Assembly (NCBI GenBank): GCA_002928875.1
Contig: PERO01000016.1
Coordinates: forward strand, 9,519-73,518
DNA from: Methylobacterium sp.
Lineage (GTDB): Bacteria; Pseudomonadota; Alphaproteobacteria; Rhizobiales; Beijerinckiaceae
Length of the DNA stretch: 64,000 bases
Direction: 5' to 3'
Shown one piece after another: positions 11,713-22,200 of this stretch. The translations under genes were made by a program, and so were the position numbers. Each line of letters starts with the position of its first letter. Position 1 is the stretch's first letter. The notes under the pieces are model-generated. The model searched no databases, was not told where the DNA came from, and saw nothing but the letters and a program-made list of their open reading frames with translations.

Positions 11713-11925
11713 AAGACGTGGATGGCCGGAATGAATCCGGCCATGACGGTGGAGGGTGGAACAGCCGCCCGCCTTTCCTCTCTCGACGTCATGGCCGGGC
11801 TTGGCCCGGCCATCCACGTCTTGCTATCGGCCTGAGCACGGGCAACGCGGCGCAATCCAAGCCCCTTTTCCGAAAAGACGGGCGGCATAAAGTCGTGGAT
11901 GGCCGGGCCAAGCCCGGCCATGACG
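11713..11925. repeat. Cluster of three CGTC-tagged REP-like palindromes in alternating orientation
   Basis: Copies at ~11717-11748, 11787-11818 and 11894-11925. Copy 3 is the exact 32-nt reverse complement of copy 2 (cgtcatggccgggcttggcccggccatccacg). Each copy is itself a hairpin. Confidence 0.9.
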
Positions 11926-11951
11926 TTCGAGCAATCCGGTGCGTGGCAAGC

Positions 11952-12236
11952 ATGGGCGGCTATGTCTACCTCATGACCAACCGCCCGAATGGCACGCTCT
12001 ATTGCGGCGTCACCAACGACATCGCCCGGCGGGCGTATGAACATCGCGAGGGGCTCGTACCCGGCTTCACCAGGCGCTATGGCCTGAAACGCCTCGTCTG
12101 GTTTGCGTTCCATGACGATATCCGCGATGCCATCCAGCATGAGAGCACCATGAAGCATTGGCCGCGCGCCTGGAAAACGCGGCTGATCATGGCGGACAAC
12201 CCGGACTGGAACGATCTCTACGAAACGCTCGCATGA
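11952..12236 (+). CDS. Stand-alone GIY-YIG nuclease (94 aa)
   Basis: GYVYLM...TLYCGVT..IARR..EH, AIQHE..MK.W.R.WK..LI..NP.W.DL pattern. Confidence 0.9.
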   Translation: MGGYVYLMTNRPNGTLYCGVTNDIARRAYEHREGLVPGFTRRYGLKRLVWFAFHDDIRDAIQHESTMKHWPRAWKTRLIMADNPDWNDLYETLA

Positions 12237-12319
12237 GGTCATGGCTGGCCGGAAAGAAACTGGCCGTTCCGCTTGAGCCCCTCACTGATCCCCGCCCGGC
12301 GCTCCGGGGTTCGTGGCCC

Positions 12320-13477
12320 CTACTCCGCCGCGGCGGTCGCAGCCGCCCCATCCGTGCGACGGGCGCGCCAGAGCCGCAGCCGCGTGCGGGCGCGGCTGCC
12401 CACCTCATCCGCCAGCATCGCGACATGGCCGAGGGGTGAGCCCGCGCCGGCCATCGAGGCGAGCGGCACGGCCTCATTGGCGAAGCGGTTCTTGAAATCC
12501 TCGTCGCCCGTGAGGAAATCCACCTCCTCGAGGCCGTGATCGAAGGCCCAGCGGATGTAATCCATCATCAGCACCATGCCCGGCGAACCCTGATAGACGA
12601 CCGGATCATAGGCCGTGACGAAGGCGCGCAGGCTGCGTGCTTCCACGAAATTCATCGAAATCGCGATCGCCTTCCCGTCGCGCTCCAGCACGAAGATGCG
12701 CAGCATGCCCGCTTCGTGCAAAACCTGCGCGAGCGCCGGCAGCAGCGGCGCGCCCTCGTCGAACAACGGGGCGGTGATGCCGGTCCGGGCGAGCCAGAGC
12801 CGCTTGAAGGCAGCGAGCTCGACCAGAACCGGCCGGAAATCCTCCTCCGGCGGCAGCAGGCGGAAGGCCACGCGCGCTCCGCCCTCCTGCAGGAATTTCA
12901 GGCCGCGCTTATAGTTCTGGCGGATCTTCTTCGGAAAATGCCCGAACCAAGCCTCGCCGCTGGCCCAATCGCCGGTGACGCGCATGGAATGCTCGAGCCG
13001 CCGGTTTCCCGTCAGACGGGGACGCAACCCCTTCGCGTGCTCCAGCGACCACACCGAGGCATCCGGCAGCAGGCGATTGAGCAGGCTCACATCGAAGCGC
13101 GAGACCGCCGCCGCCTCGGTCCACAGCCGATGCAGCACGGCCGGAGGCGTGCCGGGCGCGGCCAGCGCATCGCAATAATCGCAGGCATCGCGCCCCGCCC
13201 ATTCGAGCACGCGCAGGCCTCGATGCGGATGGGTCGCCAGCGGCAGCACGGCGATCAGTTGCTCGCCCTGCCAGGCGGTCGCGATCACCAGCGCACGGCT
13301 CGCACGATCCGAAATGTTGTTCCACCAGGCGGAAATCCAGCCATGGCTCTGGAAGATGGGCGCACCTGCACGCAACCACAGGGCCTGCCAGGGCCCGGCG
13401 AGCCGCGCGAGACCCTCCGCGTCACGGATGATCTCGATCCGCTCGCGGATCTCGGGCAGAGGCGTATGCGCATTCAT
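12320..13477 (-). CDS. GNAT family N-acetyltransferase (CelD/BcsL-like)
   Basis: FQSHGW, DACDY, SPGMVL, VDFLTGDEDFKNRF motifs. Confidence 0.85.
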   Translation of the reverse strand: MNAHTPLPEIRERIEIIRDAEGLARLAGPWQALWLRAGAPIFQSHGWISAWWNNISDRASRALVIATAWQGEQLIAVLPLATHPHRGLRVLEWAGRDACDYCDALAAPGTPPAVLHRLWTEAAAVSRFDVSLLNRLLPDASVWSLEHAKGLRPRLTGNRRLEHSMRVTGDWASGEAWFGHFPKKIRQNYKRGLKFLQEGGARVAFRLLPPEEDFRPVLVELAAFKRLWLARTGITAPLFDEGAPLLPALAQVLHEAGMLRIFVLERDGKAIAISMNFVEARSLRAFVTAYDPVVYQGSPGMVLMMDYIRWAFDHGLEEVDFLTGDEDFKNRFANEAVPLASMAGAGSPLGHVAMLADEVGSRARTRLRLWRARRTDGAAATAAAE

Positions 13478-14490
13478 GAGGCAGAGCTTTCGGGTGTGGT
13501 GGCCAGCGTTCCCGCCGTTTTGCGGTGTGGGCCGGGCGCAATCAGGCGGCGCAGGCCGGGAATGTGCTGCGCCATGCGGATCAGCGGCAGCACCCAGAGG
13601 CCGAACAGGGACTGATACTCATCGCGATCCCGCTCGACGAGACCGAACTGGAAGCTCTCGTCCTTCGCCGGCACCGCGAGCGTTCCGAACCAGCGATCCC
13701 AGAACGAGAAGAGCAGCCCGAAATTCTTGTCGTAATGCTTCGGGTCGGCGCTGTGGTGCAGCTGGTGCCAGTGCGGGCAGAGCACCACGTCGTTCAGCTT
13801 GCCGAACGAGATTTTCAGATGCGTATGGCGCACGAAATCCATCATCAGGATGTTGCGCATGACATAGACGTTGAGGCCGAAAATGGTGGCCTCCACCGGG
13901 TCCAGCGACAGCAGCGTCCAGATCCCGAAGGCGATGCCTGGGATCACGCCGTCCCAGACGCGGTTCATCATGTCGTCGAGCGGATGCACGCGGTCCTTGG
14001 TGATGCCCACCATCACCTCGGCCGAATGGTGCACCTTGTGCAATTCCCACAGGAACGGGATTTTGTGCTGCGCATAATGGTAGAGGTAATAGGAGAGGTC
14101 ATAGGCGAGCAGCATCGTGACCGTGAAGAGCACGATCAGCACCGGGCCAGGCGCACCGAGCAGCGGTTCACTGATGCCGAACAACCCGCCCAAAGCCTGG
14201 TTCGTGAGATAGCCCATGCCGGCCACGAACACCGCGCCGGCGGGGATCATCAGGAACGGATAGGCGATGCGCCGGGTGATCCAGAACCAGAAATCCGCCT
14301 TCGCCGAAGGGTGGGTCATGATCTCGTGCGGCCAGAGGAATTCGAAAAATTCGCGCCAGCTGCGTTCGCGCGTGGTCGTCCAGTAGACATAGAGCGCCGA
14401 GCCGAGCGCGGTCGCGAGCAGCAGGCCGGCCACCGCGAGATTTTCGAATTCCAGTTTTGACGCAACCTTCTGGAGAAACCAGTCCAGCAT
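13474..14490 (-). CDS. Sterol desaturase / fatty acid hydroxylase family membrane enzyme
   Basis: His boxes HYAQH, HKVHH, H..HQLHH and KNFG; transmembrane segments; 4-bp overlap with the GNAT gene. Confidence 0.9.
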   Translation of the reverse strand: MLDWFLQKVASKLEFENLAVAGLLLATALGSALYVYWTTTRERSWREFFEFLWPHEIMTHPSAKADFWFWITRRIAYPFLMIPAGAVFVAGMGYLTNQALGGLFGISEPLLGAPGPVLIVLFTVTMLLAYDLSYYLYHYAQHKIPFLWELHKVHHSAEVMVGITKDRVHPLDDMMNRVWDGVIPGIAFGIWTLLSLDPVEATIFGLNVYVMRNILMMDFVRHTHLKISFGKLNDVVLCPHWHQLHHSADPKHYDKNFGLLFSFWDRWFGTLAVPAKDESFQFGLVERDRDEYQSLFGLWVLPLIRMAQHIPGLRRLIAPGPHRKTAGTLATTPESSAS

Positions 14491-14591
14491 CCGCGCAGCT
14501 CCGTGTCATGGCGAGACAGGCTCGAAGGCCTTGCAAGCTCGGGAGCATGGCCCGTGCCGGAAACTTCGGCGATCGAGCGGATGGCTGGCGC

Positions 14592-15278
14592 TCAGGCGGG
14601 CGATAGACCGGGTTGCAGCCGGCGGGCATGCCGCGCCAGCGCGAGGAGCAGCGTCGCCAGCACCGTCGCGTTCGCGAGATGCCAGAGGAAGTGCAGGCCC
14701 GCGGGCACGGCGCCACAGAGCGGACGATCGAGCGTCCGCAAGGTGAGCGAGACCGCGAAGATCAAGCCAGCTACGGCGAGATGCCGGGCCGCGAGCCGGC
14801 TCGCCGCATCGCCCTTGAGCCGGGCCGCGAGCGCGACGCCGAACAAGGCCGCGAGCGCCGGGACATAGCCGATGCCGCCACCGAGCGCGCGGCTGCCCGC
14901 GAGCGAGACCAACGCGCTGCTGCCTACGAGAAACAGCACCGGGCCGATTACCGCCACCCAGCGCGGCAACGCGAGATAGCGGCGGAGCGCGACGCCGAGA
15001 TAGAGCAGGATGAACCCCTGGATCGGCAGCACGTCCAGCATCACGGTGATGCGGTTGGGGATGGTGTGGAACAGGAAACTCCCGACGCCAATCGCGAAGG
15101 CAAGGCCGGCGAGAATCGCCAGCGGCAGATCGCGCCGGCCGCGCAGCAGGTGAAATCCCAGCCCGGCGGCGAGCAGGAACGCCGCGTTGGTCACCGCATT
15201 CAGCGGTTCGGCCCAGAAGGCGGGATCGCCCGCGCGCTCGCAATAGGCGGCGAGAAAGGAGCGTTCGGCCTGAAACAT
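14592..15278 (-). CDS. Ceramidase (CREST superfamily) membrane protein
   Basis: YCER...FWAEPLNAVTN, GSFLFHT, HFLWH motifs. Confidence 0.85.
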   Translation of the reverse strand: MFQAERSFLAAYCERAGDPAFWAEPLNAVTNAAFLLAAGLGFHLLRGRRDLPLAILAGLAFAIGVGSFLFHTIPNRITVMLDVLPIQGFILLYLGVALRRYLALPRWVAVIGPVLFLVGSSALVSLAGSRALGGGIGYVPALAALFGVALAARLKGDAASRLAARHLAVAGLIFAVSLTLRTLDRPLCGAVPAGLHFLWHLANATVLATLLLALARHARRLQPGLSPA

Positions 15279-15346
15279 GCGGCTATCCCCGTCGAGAATG
15301 CACGCCCACCCTGCCCTTCGGGCGCGCGGGCTGCTAGAGGATGGAC

Positions 15347-16156
15347 ATGCTGATCGCGACCTTCAACGTCAATTCCATCCGCCAGCGGCTTCCGCATCTC
15401 ACGCGCTGGCTGCAAACCCGCGCGCCGGACATCGTCTGCCTGCAGGAACTGAAATGCCTCGACGAGGCCTTCCCCCGTGAGGAGATCGAGGCCCTGGGCT
15501 ATCAGGTCGAGACGCATGGCCAGAAGACTTTCAACGGCGTCGCCATCCTCTCCCGCCACGGCATCGCCATCGAGCATCGCGGCCTGCCCGGCTTCGAGGA
15601 CGAGCAGGCGCGCTATATCGAGGGGGTGGTGAGCCTGCCGCAGGGGCAAGGGCCGGCGACCACGAAAAATCCCTCAGTTCTGCGCATCGCCGGGGTCTAT
15701 TTCCCGAACGGCAATCCGCTCGGCAGCGAGAAATTCGCCTACAAGCGCAACTTCATGGCGGCGCTGACCCGCCATGCGAAGGACCTGCTGGCGCTGGAGG
15801 AGCCGCTGGTCATCGCGGGCGATTACAACGTTATCCCCCAGCCCGAGGATGCGCGCTTCCCCGAGAACTGGCGTGGCGACGCGCTGTTCCAGCCGGAATC
15901 GCGGGCGGATTTCCGCAAGCTCGCGGCCCTCGGCTTCACGGATGCGATCCGCGCGACAAGCGACAGCGACCGCCTCTATTCCTTCTGGGATTATCAGGCC
16001 GGGGCGTGGCAGCGCGACAACGGCATCCGCATCGATCACCTGCTGCTCTCGCCGCAGGTCGTGGATCGGCTGGTGGAAGCGGGAATCGACCGGGAATTGC
16101 GGGCGGAGGAGAAACCGTCCGACCATGTGCCGGTCTGGTGCCGGCTCAGGCTGTGA
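15347..16156 (+). CDS. xth: Exodeoxyribonuclease III
   Basis: ATFNVNS, CLQELK, GDYN, RIDH, SDHVPV motifs. Confidence 0.96.
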   Translation: MLIATFNVNSIRQRLPHLTRWLQTRAPDIVCLQELKCLDEAFPREEIEALGYQVETHGQKTFNGVAILSRHGIAIEHRGLPGFEDEQARYIEGVVSLPQGQGPATTKNPSVLRIAGVYFPNGNPLGSEKFAYKRNFMAALTRHAKDLLALEEPLVIAGDYNVIPQPEDARFPENWRGDALFQPESRADFRKLAALGFTDAIRATSDSDRLYSFWDYQAGAWQRDNGIRIDHLLLSPQVVDRLVEAGIDRELRAEEKPSDHVPVWCRLRL

Positions 16157-16159
16157 GGC

Positions 16160-16996
16160 TCAGCGGCCGGCACGCTCGTATTTGCGCAAGTAGGCATCGG
16201 CGAGGCGACGCTCATCCTCGGAGGCGATGGAGCGGGCGCGGGCATTGAGCTCCACCACCCAGTCATCCTTGCCGGGGAAGGCCTTGTTGGCCGCGACCTG
16301 CATCCACATCAGCCCGCGCGGGCCCTGCCGGGGCACGCCATCGCCGTTGAACAGCATCTGCCCCAGCCGCGCCTGCGCCGGCACATGGCCCTTCTCGGCC
16401 GCGAGATTGAACCAGCGCGCGGCCTGATGCAGATCACGCGGGCCGGCCGCACCTTCCGAGAAGATCCGGCCGAGATGGTATTGCGCATCCGCGTCGTCGA
16501 AATAGGACGCGGCGTAATGGAACATCTCCGTCGCCCGCGTCGGATCGCGCTTCACGCGGGAATTCGGGATGCCCGCGAGATGATAGCCGCCGAGGGCCAC
16601 GAAAGCCTGCGCCACCACGCGGGCCTGCGGCGAATCGGGGCTCACATCCGCGTGGCGGTTCGCGATTTCCGAGAAGTGCTGGTAGGCCTTGAGATCGTCG
16701 CGGCGCACGCCCTCGCCGACGGCATACATGCGGCCGAGCTTCCATTGCGCGGCCACATTGCCTTCCCGGGCCGCATAGCCCAGGGCTTGCACCGCCATTT
16801 CGGAATTGCCGCTGGAGAGGGCGTTGAGACCCTCCCGCAGCGAATCGCCGATGGAATTGAACAGCATGCCCTTGGGCGGATTGGCCGGGGCCGGCCCTTC
16901 CTTCACGTCAAACGCCAGCGCGCTGCCCTGCACGGCAAGCGCGATGACCAGCGCCAGAGGCGCCGCCGAGGGTCGGAACGTGTCAGATATCCGCAT
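16160..16996 (-). CDS. exoR: Sel1-repeat protein, ExoR-like
   Basis: AQWKLGRMYAVGEGV and AQYHLG Sel1 repeats; signal peptide; convergent with xth. Confidence 0.75.
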   Translation of the reverse strand: MRISDTFRPSAAPLALVIALAVQGSALAFDVKEGPAPANPPKGMLFNSIGDSLREGLNALSSGNSEMAVQALGYAAREGNVAAQWKLGRMYAVGEGVRRDDLKAYQHFSEIANRHADVSPDSPQARVVAQAFVALGGYHLAGIPNSRVKRDPTRATEMFHYAASYFDDADAQYHLGRIFSEGAAGPRDLHQAARWFNLAAEKGHVPAQARLGQMLFNGDGVPRQGPRGLMWMQVAANKAFPGKDDWVVELNARARSIASEDERRLADAYLRKYERAGR

Positions 16997-18713
16997 AGAC
17001 ATGTTTCTCGGCCTTGCCGCCCGGATGAGTCACCGCGCCATCACGCGCGGGGCCAACCTGCTGGGCGTATTTCCAAAGCGCGCCGGACTGGTAATCCGTT
17101 TCGCGCGGTTTCCAATGCTCACGACGCGCTTCCAATTCGGCATCCGTAAGGCGAACGTTGAGCACACCTGTGACCGCATTGAGCTCAATGATGTCACCGT
17201 CGCGGATGAGCGCGATCGGCCCGCACACCGCCGCTTCGGGGCCGACATGGCCCACGCAGAAACCGCGCGTCGCGCCGGAGAAGCGGCCATCGGTGATGAG
17301 CGCGACCTTGTCGCCCATGCCCTGGCCGTAGAGCGCCGCCGTGGTGGCGAGCATCTCGCGCATGCCGGGGCCGCCCCTGGGGCCCTCGTAGCGGATGACG
17401 AGAACCTCGCCTTCCTTGTACTGGCGGTTCTTCACGGCCTCGAAGCAGAGTTCCTCGCTGTCGAAGCAGCGCGCCGGGCCGGTGAAGGCCAGCTTGTCCT
17501 GCGCCATGCCGGCGATCTTCACGATCGCCCCTTCCGGCGCGAGGTTGCCCTTGAGGCCCACGACACCGCCGGTGACGGTGATCGGGTTATCCGCCGGGCG
17601 AACCACGTCCTGGTTGGGGTTCCATTTCACGTTCGCGAGGTTCTCGGCCATGGTGCGGCCGGTGACTGTCATGCAGTCGCCATGCATGTAGCCATGGTCG
17701 AGCAGGGTCTTCATCAGCAGCGGGATGCCGCCGACCTCGAACATGTCCTTCGCGACATATTTGCCGCCGGGCTTCAGGTCCGCAATGTAGGGGGTCTTGC
17801 GGAAGATTTCGGCCACGTCGAACAGGTCGAAATCGATGCCGCATTCATGCGCGATGGCCGGCAGGTGCAAAGCCGCGTTGGTGGAGCCGCCCGAAGCCGC
17901 GACCACCACGGCCGCATTCTCGAGCGCCTTGCGGGTCACGATGTCGCGCGGGCGGATGTTCTTGGCGATGAGTTCCATCACCATCTCGCCGGCCGTCATG
18001 CAGAAGCTGTCACGGATCTCGTAGGGCGCCGGCGCGCCGGCCGAATAGGGCAAAGCGAGGCCGATCGCCTCGGAGACGGTCGCCATGGTGTTGGCGGTGA
18101 ACTGCGCGCCGCACGCCCCGGCCGAGGGGCAGGCCGCCTGCTCGATTTCCTCGAGGCTCTGGTCGTCCAGCGCGCCCACGGAATGCTTGCCGACCGCCTC
18201 GAACACGTCCTGCACGGTGATCTGCTGGCCGCGCCAGGTGCCGGGCAGGATCGAGCCGCCATAGATGAAGACCGACGGCACGTTGAGGCGCACCATCGCC
18301 ATCATCATGCCCGGAAGCGATTTGTCGCAGCCCGCGAGGCCCACCAGCGCATCGTAGCTATGGCCGCGCATGGTCAGCTCGACCGAATCCGCGATCACCT
18401 CGCGCGAGGCGAGCGAGGACTTCATGCCCTGATGGCCCATGGCGATGCCATCGGTGACGGTGATGGTGCAGAACTCCCGCGGCGTGCCGCCGGCAGAGGA
18501 GACGCCCTTCTTCACCGCCTGCGCCTGGCGCATCAGCGAGATGTTGCACGGCGCGGCCTCGTTCCAGCAAGACGCGACGCCGACCAGCGGCTGGTGGATC
18601 TGCGTCTTCGTGAGGCCCATCGCGTAGAGATAGGAGCGATGCGGCGCCCGCTCCGGCCCTTCCGTCACGTGACGGCTCGGGAGCTTCGCCTTGTTGTATG
18701 TGAATTCAGTCAT
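16983..18713 (-). CDS. ilvD: Dihydroxy-acid dehydratase
   Basis: [32 protein letters not shown] motifs. Confidence 0.97.
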   Translation of the reverse strand: MTEFTYNKAKLPSRHVTEGPERAPHRSYLYAMGLTKTQIHQPLVGVASCWNEAAPCNISLMRQAQAVKKGVSSAGGTPREFCTITVTDGIAMGHQGMKSSLASREVIADSVELTMRGHSYDALVGLAGCDKSLPGMMMAMVRLNVPSVFIYGGSILPGTWRGQQITVQDVFEAVGKHSVGALDDQSLEEIEQAACPSAGACGAQFTANTMATVSEAIGLALPYSAGAPAPYEIRDSFCMTAGEMVMELIAKNIRPRDIVTRKALENAAVVVAASGGSTNAALHLPAIAHECGIDFDLFDVAEIFRKTPYIADLKPGGKYVAKDMFEVGGIPLLMKTLLDHGYMHGDCMTVTGRTMAENLANVKWNPNQDVVRPADNPITVTGGVVGLKGNLAPEGAIVKIAGMAQDKLAFTGPARCFDSEELCFEAVKNRQYKEGEVLVIRYEGPRGGPGMREMLATTAALYGQGMGDKVALITDGRFSGATRGFCVGHVGPEAAVCGPIALIRDGDIIELNAVTGVLNVRLTDAELEARREHWKPRETDYQSGALWKYAQQVGPARDGAVTHPGGKAEKHVYADI

Positions 18714-19019
18714 GCGCCGGTCCTTCCCGTCCTTGAAAGCACGATGTTTCTCGCCGTTTCCACCCGCCCTAGCGATTGCCACAGGTGCGCGCCTGTCTCA
18801 ATCACCGGAGCCGGCATGCGAAGACGGTTTGGTTAACCGACCAAACCGCCGTTCAGGCGGAAAAATCGTAAGCTTCCAAGGCCGTTAGCGGCACTATGGA
18901 TGGCGCGCAGTTTGTGGCGCAAAAGCGGCGGATGCCGCGCCGCCCCGGGGCGGATTTCGAATCCCCCCGGGCTGTTGCGGAAACAGCACAAAGGCCGCGT
19001 TGGCCGGGCCCGCCGACTT

Positions 19020-19211
19020 TTAATAGAAACTGAACGGACGGCTCGGGCGCTCGTTGCGATAGCCCCAAGAGCCGGCCATGTTTCGCTGGCCGTCATTCAT
19101 GATGATCCGCGTGCCCCAGGCGTTCGTGCCGTTGCGCACCACGTTGCAGGGCCGGTCGCTCCTGGGTTCGAACAACTGCCCCTGCACGGTGCCGGGCGCG
19201 ACGAAATCGCC
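19020..19211 (-). pseudogene. Possible 3' gene remnant (63 codons, GDFVAPGTVQGQLFE...GSWGYRNERPSRPFSFY)
   Basis: Stop-to-stop frame with host-like GC-ending codons, preceded by an in-frame TAA. No clear RBS or start. Confidence 0.3.
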
Positions 19212-19237
19212 TTAGAGCGCCCGCGCTGGAATGAGGC

Positions 19238-22200
19238 TCACCCCAGCCTTTTCAGCGCCTCGTCGATCCGCGCGATGCGGTTCTCGGCCTCGGCGAGGCG
19301 CTCGCGGTTCTCCTCGATCACCTCTTCGGGCGCACGGGCCACGAAATCCGGGTTGTCGAGCTTGCGGCGGGTGCCGTCCATGTCCTTCACGAGCTTCTCG
19401 CGCTCGCCCGAGAGACGCTTCTTCTCCGCCGCGATGTCGATGATGCCGGCGAGCGGAATGCATGCCACCTGCCCCCGCACGAGGATCTGCACGCTCTGCG
19501 CCGGCGCTTCATGCATGAACTGGATTTCGGAGACGCGCGCCATGCGCCGCAAGGCATCCTCCGCCGCCTTCGCACGCGTGACGCCCGCCGCATCGGCATT
19601 CACGAAGACCAGCGGCGCGGTGGTCGCCACCGGCACGTTCATTTCGGCGCGCGCCGAGCGGATCTCGGAGATGAGATCGACCGTGAAGCCGATCTCGGCC
19701 TCGGCAGAGGCGTCCGAAAGGCCGATGGGCTTGGGCCACGAGCCGGTGCACAACTGCCCGCGCGTCACGCCGGCAAGCTCGCCATAAGCGGCGTTCAGCT
19801 CCTCCGTGATGAAGGGCATGAAGGGGTGGAGCATCGCCACCGTGCGGTCGAGCACGAAGGCCACGGCCGCGCGCGTCTCATCCTTGGGAGCGCCATCTTC
19901 GCCCTGCAGCACGGGCTTCGCGAGTTCGAGATACCAGTCGCAGACGATGTTCCAGGTGAAGCGATAGGCCGCGAGCGCCGCCTCGTTGAACTTGTAGCCC
20001 TCGATTCCCGCCTCGATCTCGGCCAGAGCCTTGTCGGCCTCGGCCATGATCCAGCGGTTGAGCGGCAGCGTCACGCTGCCCGGGTCGAACCCGGCCACGG
20101 CGCGGCACTCGTTCATCTCCGCGAAGCGCGATGCGTTCCACAGCTTGGTGCAGAAGTTGCGATAGCCCTCAGCGGTCTTCACGCCGAGCTTGGGGTCGCG
20201 CCCCTGCGCCGCGAGGCTCGCGAGCGTGAAGCGCAAGGCATCGGCACCCAGCGCATCGATCACCACCAGCGGATCGATGACGTTGCCGACGGATTTGCTC
20301 ATCTTCCGGCCCTTCTCGTCGCGGACGAGGCCGTGGAGATAGACATCGCGGAAGGGAGGGGCCTGATCGGTGGCCGCCGACGCCATCATCATGCGCGCGA
20401 CCCAGAAGAACAGGATGTCGAAGCCGGTGACGAGCGCCGAGCCGGGATAGTACCGCGCGAGTTCGGGTGTGGAATCCGGCCAGCCCATCGTCGAGAACGG
20501 CCAGAGCGCCGAGGAGAACCATGTGTCGAGCACGTCGGGATCGCGGGTGATTGGAAGAAAGGTATCCGCCTCAGCCAGACGAAGAAGCTCGATCCAATAC
20601 TGATCACCGTGAAATGCGCGATGCTCGGTCTCCGTCTTTGATGCCAGATGCTTCCTAACTTGAGCCGCAGACATGTACTCTTGAAAGTATTTATTCGCCT
20701 GCTCAAAAGGAACAATCTGTGCGGGCTTTTTGGCTCGCTCTGAGTATTTGGAAAGCGCCTCGGCTTCGCTGATGGCGATCACATAATCGCCATCCGGCCC
20801 GTACCACGCCGGGATCTGGTGCCCCCACCACAATTGCCGCGAGACGCACCACGGCTCGATATTCTCGAGCCAGCGGAAGAAATCCGCCTCGCGGTTCGCG
20901 GGCATGATGCGCGTTTTCCCCGCGCGCACCCAGGCCATGGCCTGCTCGGCCAAGGGCTTCACGTTCACATACCATTGCTCGGTGAGCCACGGCTCGATCG
21001 GCACGCCGGAGCGGTCGCCATGCGGCACCTGCTGGCCATGCGGCTCGATCTTCGCGAGGAAGCCCGCCGCTTCCATCATTTCGACCACCTTCAGGCGCGC
21101 CGTGAAGCGCGGCAGGCCGTGCAGCGCCCGCGTCTCGGCGGGGATATTCGCGAAAGCCGCCTCCGAGAGATCAACCGCCCCCTCGCGGTCGAGCATGTTG
21201 ATGAGCGGCAGGTTGTGCCGCTTGCCAACCTCGAAGTCGTTGAAATCATGCGCGGGCGTGATCTTCACCGCGCCGGTGCCCTTCTCGGGGTCGGCATACT
21301 CGTCCGCGATGATCGGGATGAGGCAGCCGACCAGCGGCAGGACGGCATGCCTGCCGATAAGAGGCTTCAGCCGCTCGTTTTCGGGGTGAACCGCCACGGC
21401 CGTATCGCCCAGCATCGTCTCGGGGCGCGTGGTGGCGACACGGATGAAGGTCGAGGGGCTCGCGGGGTCGTACGTTTCGCCCTCGATGGGGTAATCGAAG
21501 TAATAGAGATGCCCGCCCGGCTCCTTCGCCAGCAGCTTGCCGAGAGCCTCCGAAGAAAACGCCTTGGGATTTCCTTCCTTGTCCACCTCGCCGGGTTTTT
21601 CTTGCCCGATCACCTCCGGAGAATTGGTCTCCTGCCCTCGCTCCGGACGATGCTCGTCCGCTCGGGCATTGGGCTCGTCCGGCGATCGGGAGGCACGCGC
21701 CCACGCGTAGGAACCTTTCACTTCCTTCTGCTCGACCTCGAGATCGGAGATCGCGGTCAGCAGTTTCGGGTCCCAGTTCACGAGGCGCTTGGCCTTGTAG
21801 AGCAGACCCTTCTCGTGCAGCGTCACGAAGAATTGCAGCACGGCGCGCTGCATCTGGCCCTTTTCGCCATCCTCGCGATTGCCCATGGTGAAGCGCCCGC
21901 GATCCCAGTCGCAGGAGGCGCCGAGCCGCTTCAGCTGGTTGATGATGGTGCCGCCGCTCTCTTCCTTCCAGGCCCAGACCTTGTCGAGGAATTTCTCGCG
22001 GCCGATGGCGTGACGGTTCGGCTCCTGCCGCTCCATCATCTGGCGCTCCACCACCATCTGCGTGGCGATGCCGGCATGGTCCGTGCCGGGCTGCCAGAGC
22101 ACGTCGCGGCCCTTCATGCGCCAGTAGCGGCAGAGAATATCCTGCAGCGTGTTGTTCAGCGCGTGGCCCATATGCAGCGAGCCGGTGACGTTCGGCGGCG

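Noticed and set aside
11713-11925. CRISPR array
   Set aside because: The repeats alternate in orientation with unequal spacing, and there are no cas genes. They fit REP-like elements.
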